The notes below the pieces were generated by a model. The model worked only from the letters and a program-made list of their open reading frames with translations. It searched no databases and was not told the origin of the DNA. Made by a program: the position numbers and the translations under genes. Positions 24,501-35,728 of a DNA stretch of 62,000 bases are shown here, piece by piece; the stretch's first letter is position 1; every line of letters starts with the position of its first letter. The stretch covers positions 806,001 through 868,000 of the forward strand of contig NW_019091405.1 of the NCBI RefSeq assembly GCF_001949145.1, given 5' to 3'. Source of the DNA: Acanthaster planci. Its lineage: Eukaryota.

Positions 24501-27500
24501 ATATATGAAGCTTACACAGCAATCGAACCGCCCAGTCAAGCCTTTGGCAAACACAAATGCACCGTGCTGCTCATGTTTCAGTGTGCGCTCATTCGTATTT
24601 GCCCCAAGTGCGATGAAATTGTAGAGTATGGAATTATCCTGGTTGTTGTGACTTAACAAGGGCAGGTAATAAATGACTGAATTTCTCGTTTGATCCTTAC
24701 AGTTACTAGAGCGCCCTCTGCAGCTTCACCTACAGGTTTCACCGAGTGAAATGTACCCACCCACTAAGAAGGTAAATACAATCTGAAGAGGGCGCTGCTG
24801 TTCTGCTGTGGTCATCTATTGTAATCAGTTCTTCATTCGTGATATATTCATTATCTGTACTCCCTTTTTTGTCTTCTGTTAACCAAAGCTTTTGCCACAC
24901 TTCTGTCCATAGCTTACAGTAATATCTCCTGAGGTTGTTACGGCTGCATTAATTGATTGGCCTCAGTTATTTTATTCTAGTCTGATAAAGAACTTTCTCG
25001 GGCTTGAAATGTAGCAACAATTCAGCACTCCAGGAATGGTTGTGAAACAATTTTTTGTAAAGTAGAGGGGCATTTGTGAGACCATCGGGTTTCAGCCGTA
25101 GAGGTTACGCATTGCTAGCATCTCCATGTTGTCTCAGAAGCTGTTTTTATTTGAAGTTAGTTACAGTGAATGCAGAAAAAGGTTTACTTGAGCCTACCCC
25201 AGTGATTTTGCCCTCTGAGGATGCATTAAGGTGTAACTCTATTAAAGAACCTGCCAAAAGTGTTTGGGGGGCTATTACCAGAGCTGCCAAGTGGTACGGA
25301 TTTTGATCATGACTACGGGAGTACGGACTGCCGCCCAAAAATTACGGAAAACCCTCTGGCGGTCATGCATAATATCACAGCGCACAAACCACGCAAAACG
25401 GTTTATACTCGACTCAGACCGTGTGCGGTGTTCCACGCTCGCGTGCAGCTGTGAAACATGTGAAGACCGACTCCCCAGCGATCCGGACATTTTACGCCAC
25501 ACGGTAACATGTACACTGTACATATACATATACATTGTGTGATACGGTAACCAGTGAAACATACATAGGACTACCTGTGGCGGGCTGGTGCCCGACGACA
25601 CACACTCACACACAAAACGCTGCTTTTACATGGGACAACTTGATATGGGAAACATCAACCAATAACACAACTCGAATGCACGGAAAACTCGGCATCGCAA
25701 GGCGTAGTGCAGTATTGTGTGTGCACATTGATATGGGCCTGAGTTGGTATGGGTCCGAGCTATTTTTGGTCCGAATTGATGTGATACCCATTTCTGCAAC
25801 AATCACGGCGTGCGTGTGACGCATTGTGCATGACAACACCACGCCACCGTACTCGCTTGGATTTTTCTACGATCGCACGGACTTCGTCTTTCTTTCTTGG
25901 AAAAGAAATGGCTTCTAAGGCTACACGCATGAAAAAGCTGCAGACGTTTAGAGAAGAATACCACAAGAAATGGCCATGGATCACGGCATCTTCAAAAGGT
26001 GAAAATGTGTTCCAGCGATTTCTCGATCAGACACGGGGGATCAAAGGACGTCAAAGTACATGTACATGTCAAGTCAGTGAAAAATTGGGCAGGTGAGGAT
26101 GATAGGGAGGGGAATCAGGACATAGCAACATTTTTCCGCCCTAAAGACAATGGTACCATTCGATCTGAGGTGTTGATGGTGCAGTTTCGTACCGAGCATG
26201 TACCGGTATGCACATGTTATAGATAAGAATTTGGATTACCTGTATTGCGAACATTGGTTTCTATGCTTATGCTGCAGGTGCCCTGTGGAAGTACACACAT
26301 CGTCAAAGGCTGTCCATTTGATTTATAATTTGGCATGCAAAGCAAATATAATTCAAAACTGTTTTTCACTAAAATATTACTTTCCACATACTGAAAACTC
26401 CCATAATACATGTACAATGTAAACATGCTGTGTTGTACATTGCGCATCAAATAAAAATAGTATTTTCGTAGCCAATGGGCCCTGCGAAAGAAATTACTGA
26501 TTTCCTCTGAAAGTTACTGATTTTTAGAGTTGAGATTACTGAAATACTCCGAAAGAACTTGGCAGCTCTGTATTACCCCTAAATCAAAAAAGAGGGAGTC
26601 GGTTTCCCCCTTCCACAGCCAGTGCGTTCCAGCTCATCAGCAGCGTTCAATTATTCTTTATTCCCTGCTACAGTTTGTTCTGATGGAGAAGATATGAATG
26701 TGTGCCATCTGGAGGGATTTTGATGTTCAAGTGGAAAAATAATCACAATTTCATAGTTGAATACGTTACCCAATTTTGGGTTCATGTATTTATGAAGGAC
26801 CCTAACATTTGCTTTGAGTTTTGTGAATTTAAAAAAACATTCAAGTCTTACCTTTTTTGAGATGACTTTAAACACTTGTTGAAATTTTTTTTAAGTTTTG
26901 AAAGTGAAAGCCTAGATCTGCAAACCATCAAATCATGCCCAAGTTTAAAGTTTGGCATTACATTCCTTTAAAATAATTATTTTCCAGAAATGGAAACGTA
27001 GACTGCCTACAGGCCAAAGTCCGTCACTTTGGGTACATGTGAAGCTTGTTTGCATGAAGAATGTTTTAGTCGTGAGACACTTTTTTTCCCAGTAATGTAG
27101 CACTGTGCAGATGTCAGGGCATTTGCAAGATGCGAAAAGTGAAACTGGATTTTCTTCAATTCTGTTACCCTTACCAGGTAGACGAGCCTCGCTATGAGCC
27201 ACCCTTGGTCATTCGTGACATGCCCCAAATGGCACGGTTTGTCTATGACTTCTACCAGGATGAGATCAGGATTCTTCAAGCCAAGCATGGGGTCAGTACT
27301 AGTTTATTGTCCTTTAAAGTAACAAGAAAACTATTCTGGCAGCATTTTCTAAACCTGAAATTACATGTTTTGATGATATGTCAGAATTACACGCCCTTCG
27401 TAAAAAAAAAGAGGACCGAGTTGTAACAGTCTCGTAGTTTCCAGCAGAATTCATGAACTGTCATGAACTTGTTAAATGAACTGTGACTAGAAGTCATTTC

Positions 27501-30500
27501 CTTATAATCCTTTGTTACTGTGCTACCCTGTTAATTGAAACCCGACCCGGTGTTTCTGGAAAGCGACTGATGCACATGTAAAGATTGAGGGAGCTGTCAA
27601 ATGCTACTGCAGAATTTGGCATTTGGGACGGACCTACAACTTAGCCGTGAACATCCCTTGGAAAAAGTTCCATCTCGTATCCATGTGATGAAAAGGATAC
27701 ACAGGCTAGCTATAAACTAAACTTAATTCTGGAGGGTAAATTCAACTTGTCATCAATTATTTGAGAAGGTTTGTTTCTGCAGTTTCTTATTGAGCAAGAA
27801 TACAAGCAACTACACCCTAACAGTCCCAAATCCTCCAATTTCAATATGATTTTACGGACACCCGAGGGGGTTAGGGTTAATGTTGTTGTGCCATAAACTA
27901 CGATTTTTGTTTATTAATTTTTGGACATTTGCAATATCTGCACTACAGAATTTCAAATTAGCAAGCAAACTTCTTCCATGGCCATGTATTTAAATTTTTA
28001 AACAGTTAATTAATGAAATGCACAATTTTCCCTCAGAGGTTCAGAATAACATCTTTTTTACTTTTCATTTCAAAATGTAAGATTACAAATTTTACAACAG
28101 AATTTATAAGGAAAACAAGCCTAATGTATCTCCCGGTAATCAAAACCACCTCTTAGCAAGAAGTGATGCATGGAAAATCATACACCTGTACTGCAGAGAT
28201 CACAAAACTCTTACAAGCCATATTTCTTGTATGTACGTGCATTGATAGCCACCAACCGTTAATATTTGAATAGCAATGAAGGAATGGCAGGACCACTTTC
28301 TGTATCTTACAGTTCCTAGAGAATTACAGCGGGTGATTAAACCAAAGCAAAATTAGAATAATGCTAAGTAACTACTGCCTTTGCATACCAGAGACAATAA
28401 GGCCATTTTTTTGGAATTTTATCAGACAATGAATTAACCAGCGATCTTGCCGTTTGTAAAATAGACCAAACCACAGCTTTATGTAGGAACAAGGAAAGAC
28501 ACACTTTGCTGTGGGAGGATTCTATATTTGCTGATGTTTGGTACCGTTATAGATCACGTTTCTTAGTAAGATCATTCACAAGAGAACAATCTAGCGGTAA
28601 CTGTAAACTGGGCTGGGCACTCTTGACTTGGCAGTGCTAAAACTTCTAGGATAGGTCATTTCCTGCCCCCGGCCGTAGTTCCTAGGTTCCCAAAATGTGA
28701 CAAAATGAGCAAGCCTTCTTTTGGGCCAATTAAGCTCATCAGGCCAAAGTTTATCTCTGTTTTCTTGGCATCAGACGACCGAAAAATAATATGCCTATTC
28801 CCCTCCGGACGGGATGCCAGTCCAGCGCAGGTTGCTCCTAAGCTAATACAGGTACCCTTGTGTACTCTTGGGTGGAGAGAGACAAGCGACTTGCCCGAGG
28901 TCACAACTTACGGTCAACAGCTGCATTCGAACCCCTGACCCTCTAATTAGGAGTAACAGACCTTAACCACTTTGCTACCGACACCCATTGTTTACCCATT
29001 GTAAAGAGCTATAGACGGACTTTAGATCAGAAGCATGAAAGACAGCCCTAAGATACTGTGTAAGGAAACCGGTGTCTTCGTTCCTCCGGGTGGGTCTGAT
29101 CCACTGCTTGTGTCCTTGTCAACGTCACCGTAGGCTATACACTGGATCATTACACATAAATGCTTTCAGAGATTCAGTCTTAACGATAACATCCTAAACA
29201 CCCGTACCTTCAAACTCGATCAGGGGTGAAGTGTGGTTTATAGTTCGGGACATCCCCAGGTCTACTCTGTCTCCCAAAATTAAGGTCATCTGATCAGATT
29301 CTGATAAACGCCAGGTCTGCTCTGATGAGACCCGATCTAGTAAACGCAAACCGGTCCACAGTGTCGCTGCCCCTATTCAGTTTCTCGGCAATGCTGTCCC
29401 TAACTTCTCTCATAAAGGTGTCTTGGTCGTCCGTCACCGAGGCTTGCTTGAACACAGTGAGCACTGCGATTGCCAGGAAGCATCCGCTGATGGCAGTGTC
29501 CCGGAAACTCTTTATTAATTCGTATAGCTCCGAGACGAGGGTCCCTTCGATTGTAGTAGTACAGTCTTAATGTTTCATTACTATCACTGTCACAGATAGC
29601 TTCGTTCAGTCGAAATTAGAAACGTGTAATTTCATAATTATTCATAAGGCTTTTGTGTCCTTGCATAGTCTGTGCCCAATCACCAAAGTATACATAAAAA
29701 ACGTGACAACAGAACCCCCCCCAAAAAAGAGGGAGGAAATAGCTGTAACACGGGTTTCCTGCAAGTTGGCACAGAATCTCCAAAGGTACCAAAATGACCT
29801 CAGTATGGCACCGCAAAAAGTGAAAATTGGGTAAGCTGGTCACAGAAAGCAGTTTAAAGATGAAGATGACATTTCCTGGGTCCTCTAAATCAGAAATATT
29901 TCCTGTTATTCTTGACATCTCATGCAGCCAGTAGTTCCTCTGATGTCTTTATCTCTTTGGATTGGCGAGCTTCTCTGACCTCCCCCAACATTGCTGTGCG
30001 TGTAGTTGTTGCACTTTAGGTCATTGCATGCGCTCAAAAGACTCAGTCTTGATGATGTCATCGTAGTCACCCGATTCCACAGCCTCTGCGAGGTCCGTCA
30101 CAGTGTCTGTGAAGGGTATTGATGGGGAGTTATGGTCAGCTTTGTCTTCCCAAAGTGCGATCATTTGGCTGGACTCTGGCAGGCTCATGGCCTTAGCTGA
30201 GACCTGAGTAAAGGCAAACCAGTCTGGCATGTTGCTGTCCTATTTTAGTTTCTCTGCTATTTTGGGAGCAGTCTCACTTGCGAAGGTCTTTTGATCGTCA
30301 GCCAGCGAGACCGTCTCGCAATTGGGCACAGCTACAAGTGTTAGGACAACCGAGTAGCGGCTGCTTCCACTCGGGTGAACCTGGGATTTCAGTCGAAGTC
30401 TAAATTAATTTTTTTCAGACCATTGTTTCTTTGATTCATTTTTATCTCGCCCCAGTTTCTGAAGGATAAATTGGAGCTCAATACCAAGATTTTCCTTAGG

Positions 30501-33500
30501 TGAACCATGATTTCCCGCTGCATAAGCAGCCCTTCACAGCAGTGTCAAAGAAGCCCTTGATGGATTGGTACGTCTCAGAGAAGAATGCCCCTTTGATGGT
30601 CCAAAAAATCCTCCACCAGTCCAGGGCATCCAAGGAGCAAATGGACGGTGCACCGGGGGCAGGGGAGAGGTAGCAGCCGGTGTGTGACCGGAACGCTGCT
30701 GCCTGTATCTCCTCGCATGTTAGCGTTTCCCACGGACGGAGGACATACACCAGCTTCACCTGAAGACAACTGCGAACAGCATCGATCCATTGTTTAGCTT
30801 TATCGCTGAATGTGTGGTAGGTCTTGTCGTAGGCCTCGCAAAAGCGCTCGCCAAAGGACAGGGCGTAGTCGTATTTGGAGCCGTCACACGGTTGCTTTAC
30901 GTTCAGGCATTCACGGTACCAGCTGCACGTTTTCCCGGGAGGGTTGTAACACCGGCTGGACAGGAAGGGTTGCGTTGGAAAGATCTCGTGCCGGGAACAG
31001 GTGCGCCTGCCGGACTTGTCTTCAACCGAACACGGGCGCCAGCAATATGCCGCCCCGTCACGGCATTGGTCAGCTCCGCTTGTCAATATCCAGAGGTAGT
31101 CATCGTTCAGGCACACGTACCATTCAGGTTTGCTTATTGGAGAGGACAGGTTGGAACACACGAATCCGTCGTCGGGTCCTGTAGCTGGATTGCAATCAGT
31201 ACCTCCGCATGCCGCGTGGAGGCAGCCCAAGATGACCAAGAGAAACATGTGTCTCATTTTGCTCAAACTGAGCCAAATCTAGCGCAGTCCCTCTGAAGAG
31301 TTTTTCCGGTCAGGCACTCTAAACTTCACCTAATCGCTCGATTTCCCTGTTTGTAAGTTGTCGTTCTGTATGTTTCAAAACAGATACAGTCAATGCGCCA
31401 TGGTGTGTTATGTAAGCAAAAGAGTGAAAATTAGCTCGATGGACACTCTTTTTGTTCTGCAAAATGTATTTCTGAAATTGTTAAGTTTAAAAGTAAGGCC
31501 GCTGGCAAATCTAGCATAGGAAAAGGGTATAAAGTCCGCACTGCATGCCAGGTCAGTGTGATCTTACTCATGCGTAAAGTCACGTGGAATCCTAAACACT
31601 GAACTTTGTAGCTGAGGGTCAGCCATGGGGAACTTGCCGTGACCAGTTTTATTGGATGTAGGTCGAAAGCTCCAGACTATTTGTTTGCTTTTATTTGCTG
31701 CGAAAGGGCTTGTTTTACTTCGTTTTAAATCAATCGTGAACCCTGAGCGTGTGAAAACCCTCCACCCTCTTACGCAGAAACGCCGAGTTCTTAAAAGAAT
31801 AACATCAAAACACATTGTATTCTTGGATTAATTGTAAAGGAATATAACCGATGCTTCCCCAGAAAACTGCTAATACATTTCTCTAGCTACATACATAATA
31901 ACATAAAAAGAGTTTGTCAAAGAAAACATTGGCTTGGCACAAAGTACCCGAGTTTTAATGAACAGTCATTAACCAAGCATTTGGTAAAAGCAACTTTATG
32001 CACCATTTTATGATATTAAATTTTCATTGATTGAAGTATTGGATGCATTGTACATGCATTCCCCTTATATTACAGCTCTACGGAATATCAACGAATAGAG
32101 AAGAATTTAGCCAGCCACAGAACGATGTTTCTGTATATGTTAAGGCCGAATGAGTATGATATAAGTACGTGTAGTTAGTAATCATTGTCATAGCACCCAC
32201 AACGCCGGTATTGTGAATGGCATTGTAAGGTTGATAAATGTTTTGAACATGGGTGCTGCCTCTCTTGGTTATAGAAAAGCTCGAATGAATCCTTTATTTC
32301 CACAGAGCATTATGGGTGAAGACGGTCAGAATGGAAAGGAGGAATGTGATTTGATGCTGATTTTTCCCCGAGGCAGAATTGTTAGGGGAATCCGTCACTC
32401 CTGTTCCCGGCTGGCCACAGCTGAGGTTGCTGCATTCAGTAACCGAAACGATAATCAGGTTGCCGTTGTTCAGTTTCGGTTCTCATATATGACTGGGTCA
32501 TATCACCAAGCAGGCACGACTGGATCAGCTGGCATGTATTCGGTGGGCACGTTGCACTCGCAATCGCTTGTGAGTACGCCCTCATCCAAACAGCCGTACA
32601 TACAATAATTGTAATTGTTGTCACACCGATCACCACCTTTAGACCTTGCCATGATGTAGGAATTAGAGACGCAGGAAAACCAGATCAATTTCTCGGCAGC
32701 AGCATCGTAGAAACAAATCGTCTCCCGCTGGTCGTGAGCGTGGATCGCAGTAGTCTCGACTCGAGCACGGACGGCAGAGCAGCAAAGCAACGAACGCCAG
32801 AAAGTACTGACACACTAACTGCGACATTTCGTCCAGTGGAGTGAAACGTCTTACACTTTTTTAGTTCTGGGATCTTTCCTACTTTCACTGTCTGACACGA
32901 AGTACCCTTCTGGATTGTCACTTGGTTTTCTGATACACTCTGTACACTTAGTATTGACTCGACTGTTCACACAAAAAGCTGAAGTTCACCCCTTTTTCAG
33001 TACCTGGGAAGGAAATCTGGTTTGAACAGAAAGAGGTCCAGTGAAGCGTTAACTAGGAACTTGCTAAACCAGAGTCATGGTAAACCCGCATGCCTGAGTT
33101 GTCCAAGTAACCCAGATCCAGATTAAAAAAAATTACCCTCCATTATTTTGCCGGGACACAGTTTTGGAGCACGGTATCGGAGAAAAAGTGCATTGCGTGT
33201 TTTGTGTGGACACACAGATACGTATTACTGTAGTGGAGAGTGTTCTTCAAACTATTATAAGGAAAGTTCAAGTTTGACAATGCCATCAGTGCAGTGCTTC
33301 GTTATAAGGTCAGGGTTACGGATTCTAAATTCACCAGACTCAATGCTCTGTGCGCATTATTTGGAAATTTCCAGTGGATGTGTAACTGCAGTAAAGTGCA
33401 ACACTTTAGTGTATGGAGTTTAAATATATTTGAATAATTTAATCAGCATTAATACTATCATACAATGTTACTTTTTAAAACTCTGAATTACACAGAAAAA

Positions 33501-34565
33501 CGCCTTTACCTTTAAGATTAACATTATATAAACAAACAGTTTAAATAAAGGTATCATAGTTTCTTTACTGATATCTTCTGTCACGAGCAAGTTGTTTCTT
33601 GGTAAGATTCAGGGTTTTGGTCTCATACATGGGCATGCAACCTTTTATCCTAGCATCTTCAGAGAGCAGTGTGCTTCGCTATACGGTGGGTGTTTGTGGT
33701 TGTGAACACCTCTCTCCCAGGTTTATGCTAGTCACGGTTTCGCGGTTACTCGACTGTTGAATATAGCAACGAGTAGCCGCTAATAATAATTTAGTAAAAG
33801 CAAGCCCTAACTTGAATCAAGTACTGTACCTACGGTACAACAAAAAGTGTATTAAGTTTTGTACACTGAGACATACTAAAACATGGAACTCAGACTGCCT
33901 TAAAATGCTGTGACCTACAGATAACCTACGGATGTGCATTTCCCCGAAACTGGCACATATCATTAGTGCCTTAACACTTCACCTGATTAGTCAAAACACT
34001 TGGCTCTGATTGGTCAACGTCCTTTGCTGTGATTGGTCAAAACTCTTTACTACGATTGGTCCAATCTATGACGGAATAGATCCTGTGTTTTAATTGCAAC
34101 ATGGGGGCAGACTGCGTGTATAAACAGTCCAAATATGTCAACAATTATGACAGATGGTTGAGACAATGAGTATAACCCCTGAGGGCAGTGTGAATTGTAA
34201 AATAAACCGTATAGCCCGACATGCCCACAAAATTGTGGAAACACCACTGTGTAGGAACATTTTCTAATCGCCACTAGATATTCAAGGATGTGATTTCTGT
34301 TTTCTTGTAGTATCAAAGACAAATGCAAGCGCAGCTGGTCAAACCGCCCGTCTCCCGAGATCCTTGTCCGGTCAAGCCAGCGACTCCCGAGCGGCCAGAA
34401 TCTTCTGGAAGGCCGGACGACCAGGAGCCGTCAGAAGGGGAGTCTGAGGACAAAGGGGAAGAGCTGGCGAAGGAAGTGAGTGACGACGTGGCGGCGACCG
34501 GAGGAGAGACAGGAGAGGAAGATAAGGAGGAAAACATGGAAGCCGTGGAGACCAAGGAGCGTTAG
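576..34565 (+). CDS. AQR: Aquarius / IBP160 intron-binding SF1 (Upf1-like) RNA helicase, 5'-partial, 26 coding exons
   Basis: GT-AG exons splice in frame: 576-678, 1547-1667, 2479-2571, 3187-3287 (the last two duplicated at 3594-3686 and 4148-4248), 5107-5233, 5697-5867, 6669-6835, 7226-7467, 8698-8835, 9159-9228, 10286-10396, 10899-11008, 12593-12728, 13076-13198, 13649-13696, 14978-15019, 15501-15638, 19733-19804, 21042-21229, 21654-21825, 23164-23334, 23767-23852, 24339-24450, 24703-24771, 27178-27291, 34311-34565 (TAG). Peptides match AQR as recalled: [28 protein letters not shown], Walker [53 protein letters not shown], then an acidic C-terminal tail. Confidence 0.97.
2309..4363 (+). repeat. 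Near-identical direct duplication (2309-3401 / 3424-4363) of two AQR exons across a single N; probable haplotype assembly artefact
   Basis: Copies differ by scattered SNPs (exonic ones synonymous: CTT/CTC, AAC/AAT) and by a 160-bp tandem unit present twice in copy 1 (2733, 2893) and once in copy 2. The junction is the N at 3422. Confidence 0.9.
7588..7769. mobile_element. piggyBac-type MITE
   Basis: TTAA|CCCCTTCA ... TGAAGGGG|TTAA, with TTAA at 7584-7587 and 7770-7773. Confidence 0.7.
11255..11425 (+). mobile_element. Penelope-like retroelement remnant (C-terminus of GIY-YIG endonuclease)
   Basis: + frame reads [51 protein letters not shown]. This fits the IDW..R.KEAI.I..N/QD.G..IS.IW tail of PLE endonucleases and has an in-frame stop. 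Confidence 0.7.
14161..14748 (+). mobile_element. Old non-autonomous piggyBac derivative related to the 15859-19259 element
   Basis: Left end CCACATCGTGCCGGGG..ACCGGAGG resembles CCACTTCCAGCCGGGG..ACCGGAGG. Shares TAGCCGGGGTG and ATTAGCGGAGGTAATCCG at the same 108-bp spacing. Right end AAGATATGAATT...GGCCC...GAAGTGG is homologous. Flanks are decayed TTAA (GTAA / ATAA). Confidence 0.7.
15859..19259 (+). mobile_element. Full-length piggyBac DNA transposon in an AQR intron
   Basis: TTAA TSDs at 15855-15858 and 19260-19263. Imperfect 19-bp TIRs (CCACTTCCAGCCGGGGGCT vs CAACTTGCTGCCGGGTGCT). Encloses a PGBD4-like transposase. Confidence 0.93.
16462..18139 (+). pseudogene. piggyBac (PGBD4-like) transposase, frameshifted
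   Basis: Acidic N-terminus, [95 protein letters not shown] and C-terminal CVLC..CDRC..LC..PCFKEYH are spread over several frames. The third catalytic Asp motif (GGVD) is deleted. Confidence 0.92.
19865..20059. mobile_element. hAT-like MITE (CAGTGTTGT TIRs)
   Basis: Left CAGTGTTGTGTTCGAGTCCATCACAAGT matches the right-end reverse complement CAGTGTTGTATTTGAATTCATCACAAGT. Internal CACAAGTCC repeats. TSD degenerate. Confidence 0.65.
25279..26570 (+). mobile_element. Internally deleted hAT-superfamily transposon with 6-bp TSD
   Basis: Perfect TIR CAGAGCTGCCAAGT / ACTTGGCAGCTCTG, with TATTAC duplicated on both sides. Subterminal TTACGG/TTACTG repeats. Frameshifted transposase N-terminus at 25908-26220 ([52 protein letters not shown]). 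Confidence 0.85.
28790..28987 (-). mobile_element. tRNA-derived CORE-like SINE
   Basis: Minus strand shows A-box TAGCAAAGTGG and B-box GGTTCGAATGC, then GTGACCTCGGGCAAGTC..CTCTCCACCCAAG..GGGTACC..CTGCGCTGGACTGGCATCCCGTCC, a typical SINE central and 3' domain. Confidence 0.7.
29022..29555 (-). pseudogene. 3'-half remnant of a nested Cys-rich secreted-protein paralogue (copy C)
   Basis: [25 protein letters not shown] aligns to copy [51 protein letters not shown] aligns to [34 protein letters not shown] aligns to DIIKTESF. Ends in hydrophobic [11 protein letters not shown]. Contains stops and frameshifts. Confidence 0.75.
29910..30380 (-). pseudogene. Disabled C-terminal continuation of copy B
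   Basis: [46 protein letters not shown]...[16 protein letters not shown]. In-frame TAG at ~30240 and a frameshift at ~30035. Homologous to copies A and C. Confidence 0.7.
30496..31266 (-). CDS. Intronless secreted Cys-rich protein with a stanniocalcin-like domain, nested antisense in the last AQR intron (copy B, C-terminally truncated)
   Basis: 256-aa open frame with a signal peptide ([19 protein letters not shown]) and a Cys-rich N-domain, followed by [51 protein letters not shown] recognise this as the stanniocalcin-like pattern of invertebrate and fungal proteins; HMM not run. Confidence 0.7.
   Translation of the reverse strand: MSKMRHMFLLVILGCLHAACGGTDCNPATGPDDGFVCSNLSSPISKPEWYVCLNDDYLWILTSGADQCRDGAAYCWRPCSVEDKSGRRTCSRHEIFPTQPFLSSRCYNPPGKTCSWYRECLNVKQPCDGSKYDYALSFGERFCEAYDKTYHTFSDKAKQWIDAVRSCLQVKLVYVLRPWETLTCEEIQAAAFRSHTGCYLSPAPGAPSICSLDALDWWRIFWTIKGAFFSETYQSIKGFFDTAVKGCLCSGKSWFT
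32294..32827 (-). pseudogene. Internally deleted paralogue of the nested protein (copy A)
   Basis: ATG at 32827 starts the signal peptide [34 protein letters not shown] aligns to [11 protein letters not shown]. After a frameshift, [31 protein letters not shown] aligns to [31 protein letters not shown]. Then VPAW*YDP, joined directly to the C-terminal [10 protein letters not shown]...[18 protein letters not shown]. Confidence 0.75.
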
Positions 34566-34634
34566 TTGGGGACAAAAGAGAAAAAAACAGGAAGCCGTGG
34601 AGACCAAGGAGCGTTAGTTGGGGACAAAAGAGAA
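34538..34634 (+). repeat. Tandem duplication (52-bp period) of the AQR stop-codon region
   Basis: GGAAGCCGTGGAGACCAAGGAGCGTTAGTTGGGGACAAAAGAGAA occurs at 34538 and 34590. Confidence 0.9.
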
Positions 34635-35728
34635 GAGGAACCAATTTCCACTGTATTTTGGTATTTGTTGGGAAAGGTCACACACTAGATATCATGCATA
34701 GTTTGATGATTGCGAAGAGATTTCTGTACGGACCCTTCTTTTATAGGCCTACATAAGAACTTATGAACAAGAATTGTAACCGTTGTGTTCCATCTCTCCG
34801 TTCTGACTAGACTTGATTCGAGTCTACGTTCTGACGTGTTCATTCGAAAGAGTATTTTATTTAACCTCCCTTTCTGTTTGGAGTTGCCTTTGTATACAGT
34901 GGCTTTGGACATACAAGTACGCTTGGTTTCGTCAGCAGTAGAACTCCATGCCAGGGGATGAGGGGGGAGTGCGTGCTATGTTACCTCTGTGAAACTCTTT
35001 AATAATTGATTAACAATAAGAATTAACAGATGGTTCGTATAAAAAAAATAATCACAGGGCCTCTCACGGATTTCTCATGTCTGCCTCACGTTCCTCGACT
35101 CTAGTCGTAGCTTATGGCCCGATCTTGTTTTATGGTACAGTGGCCGAGGATGAAAATTAGGGAAGGTGATCGTAATTATTACAGGATAATTGAAGCTATA
35201 CGTATTAAAGTACACTGAGATCCAAATAAGGGAGGTTAAAGTCGAGGTGAAGCTACATCAATATCGTTTGTTAGAGAAAAGACGTGTAAACGCTTGGAAT
35301 CGTTGAAGTTGCTCAACTGTAACTTTTCTGAACTCGGTCTGTTGTACATATGTATTTGACTACTTTTTACAGGAGTTCTGTGTATTTGATAAGCTAAAAA
35401 GTGCTACCTTTGTGTAACAGTTAACGCACTGGTTGGTGTTCATGGGGATCAGACAAGAAATTGATGGCAAACATTGGCGGCAGCATGAAAGCTAGTTTAC
35501 TCTTGTACTCTTTTGGTCCTGGTTTTCTTGATTTCGTTTATGCAGTCAGCTATGCGTCAATGTAAGTTTTGTACGTTCTCGTAGTGACTTTTTTTGCTGA
35601 AATGTTTTGTTCCTTTACGCTTGGCCTGTGTGAAGGATCGACCCTGGGAGCTTCACGTCACGCCTAACAACAGTAACCATGACATCACAGCCACAGACGT
35701 TTGTCTTTATTTGTGTCAGAAATGAAAA

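Noticed and set aside
30790..31296. 168-aa and 124-aa plus-strand ORFs
   Set aside because: Antisense shadows of the nested Cys-rich gene.
576..34565. U12-type introns or intronic snoRNAs in AQR
   Set aside because: All donors are U2-type GT, none RTATCCTT. I found no convincing C/D or H/ACA box arrangement by eye; a snoscan/Infernal run would be needed.
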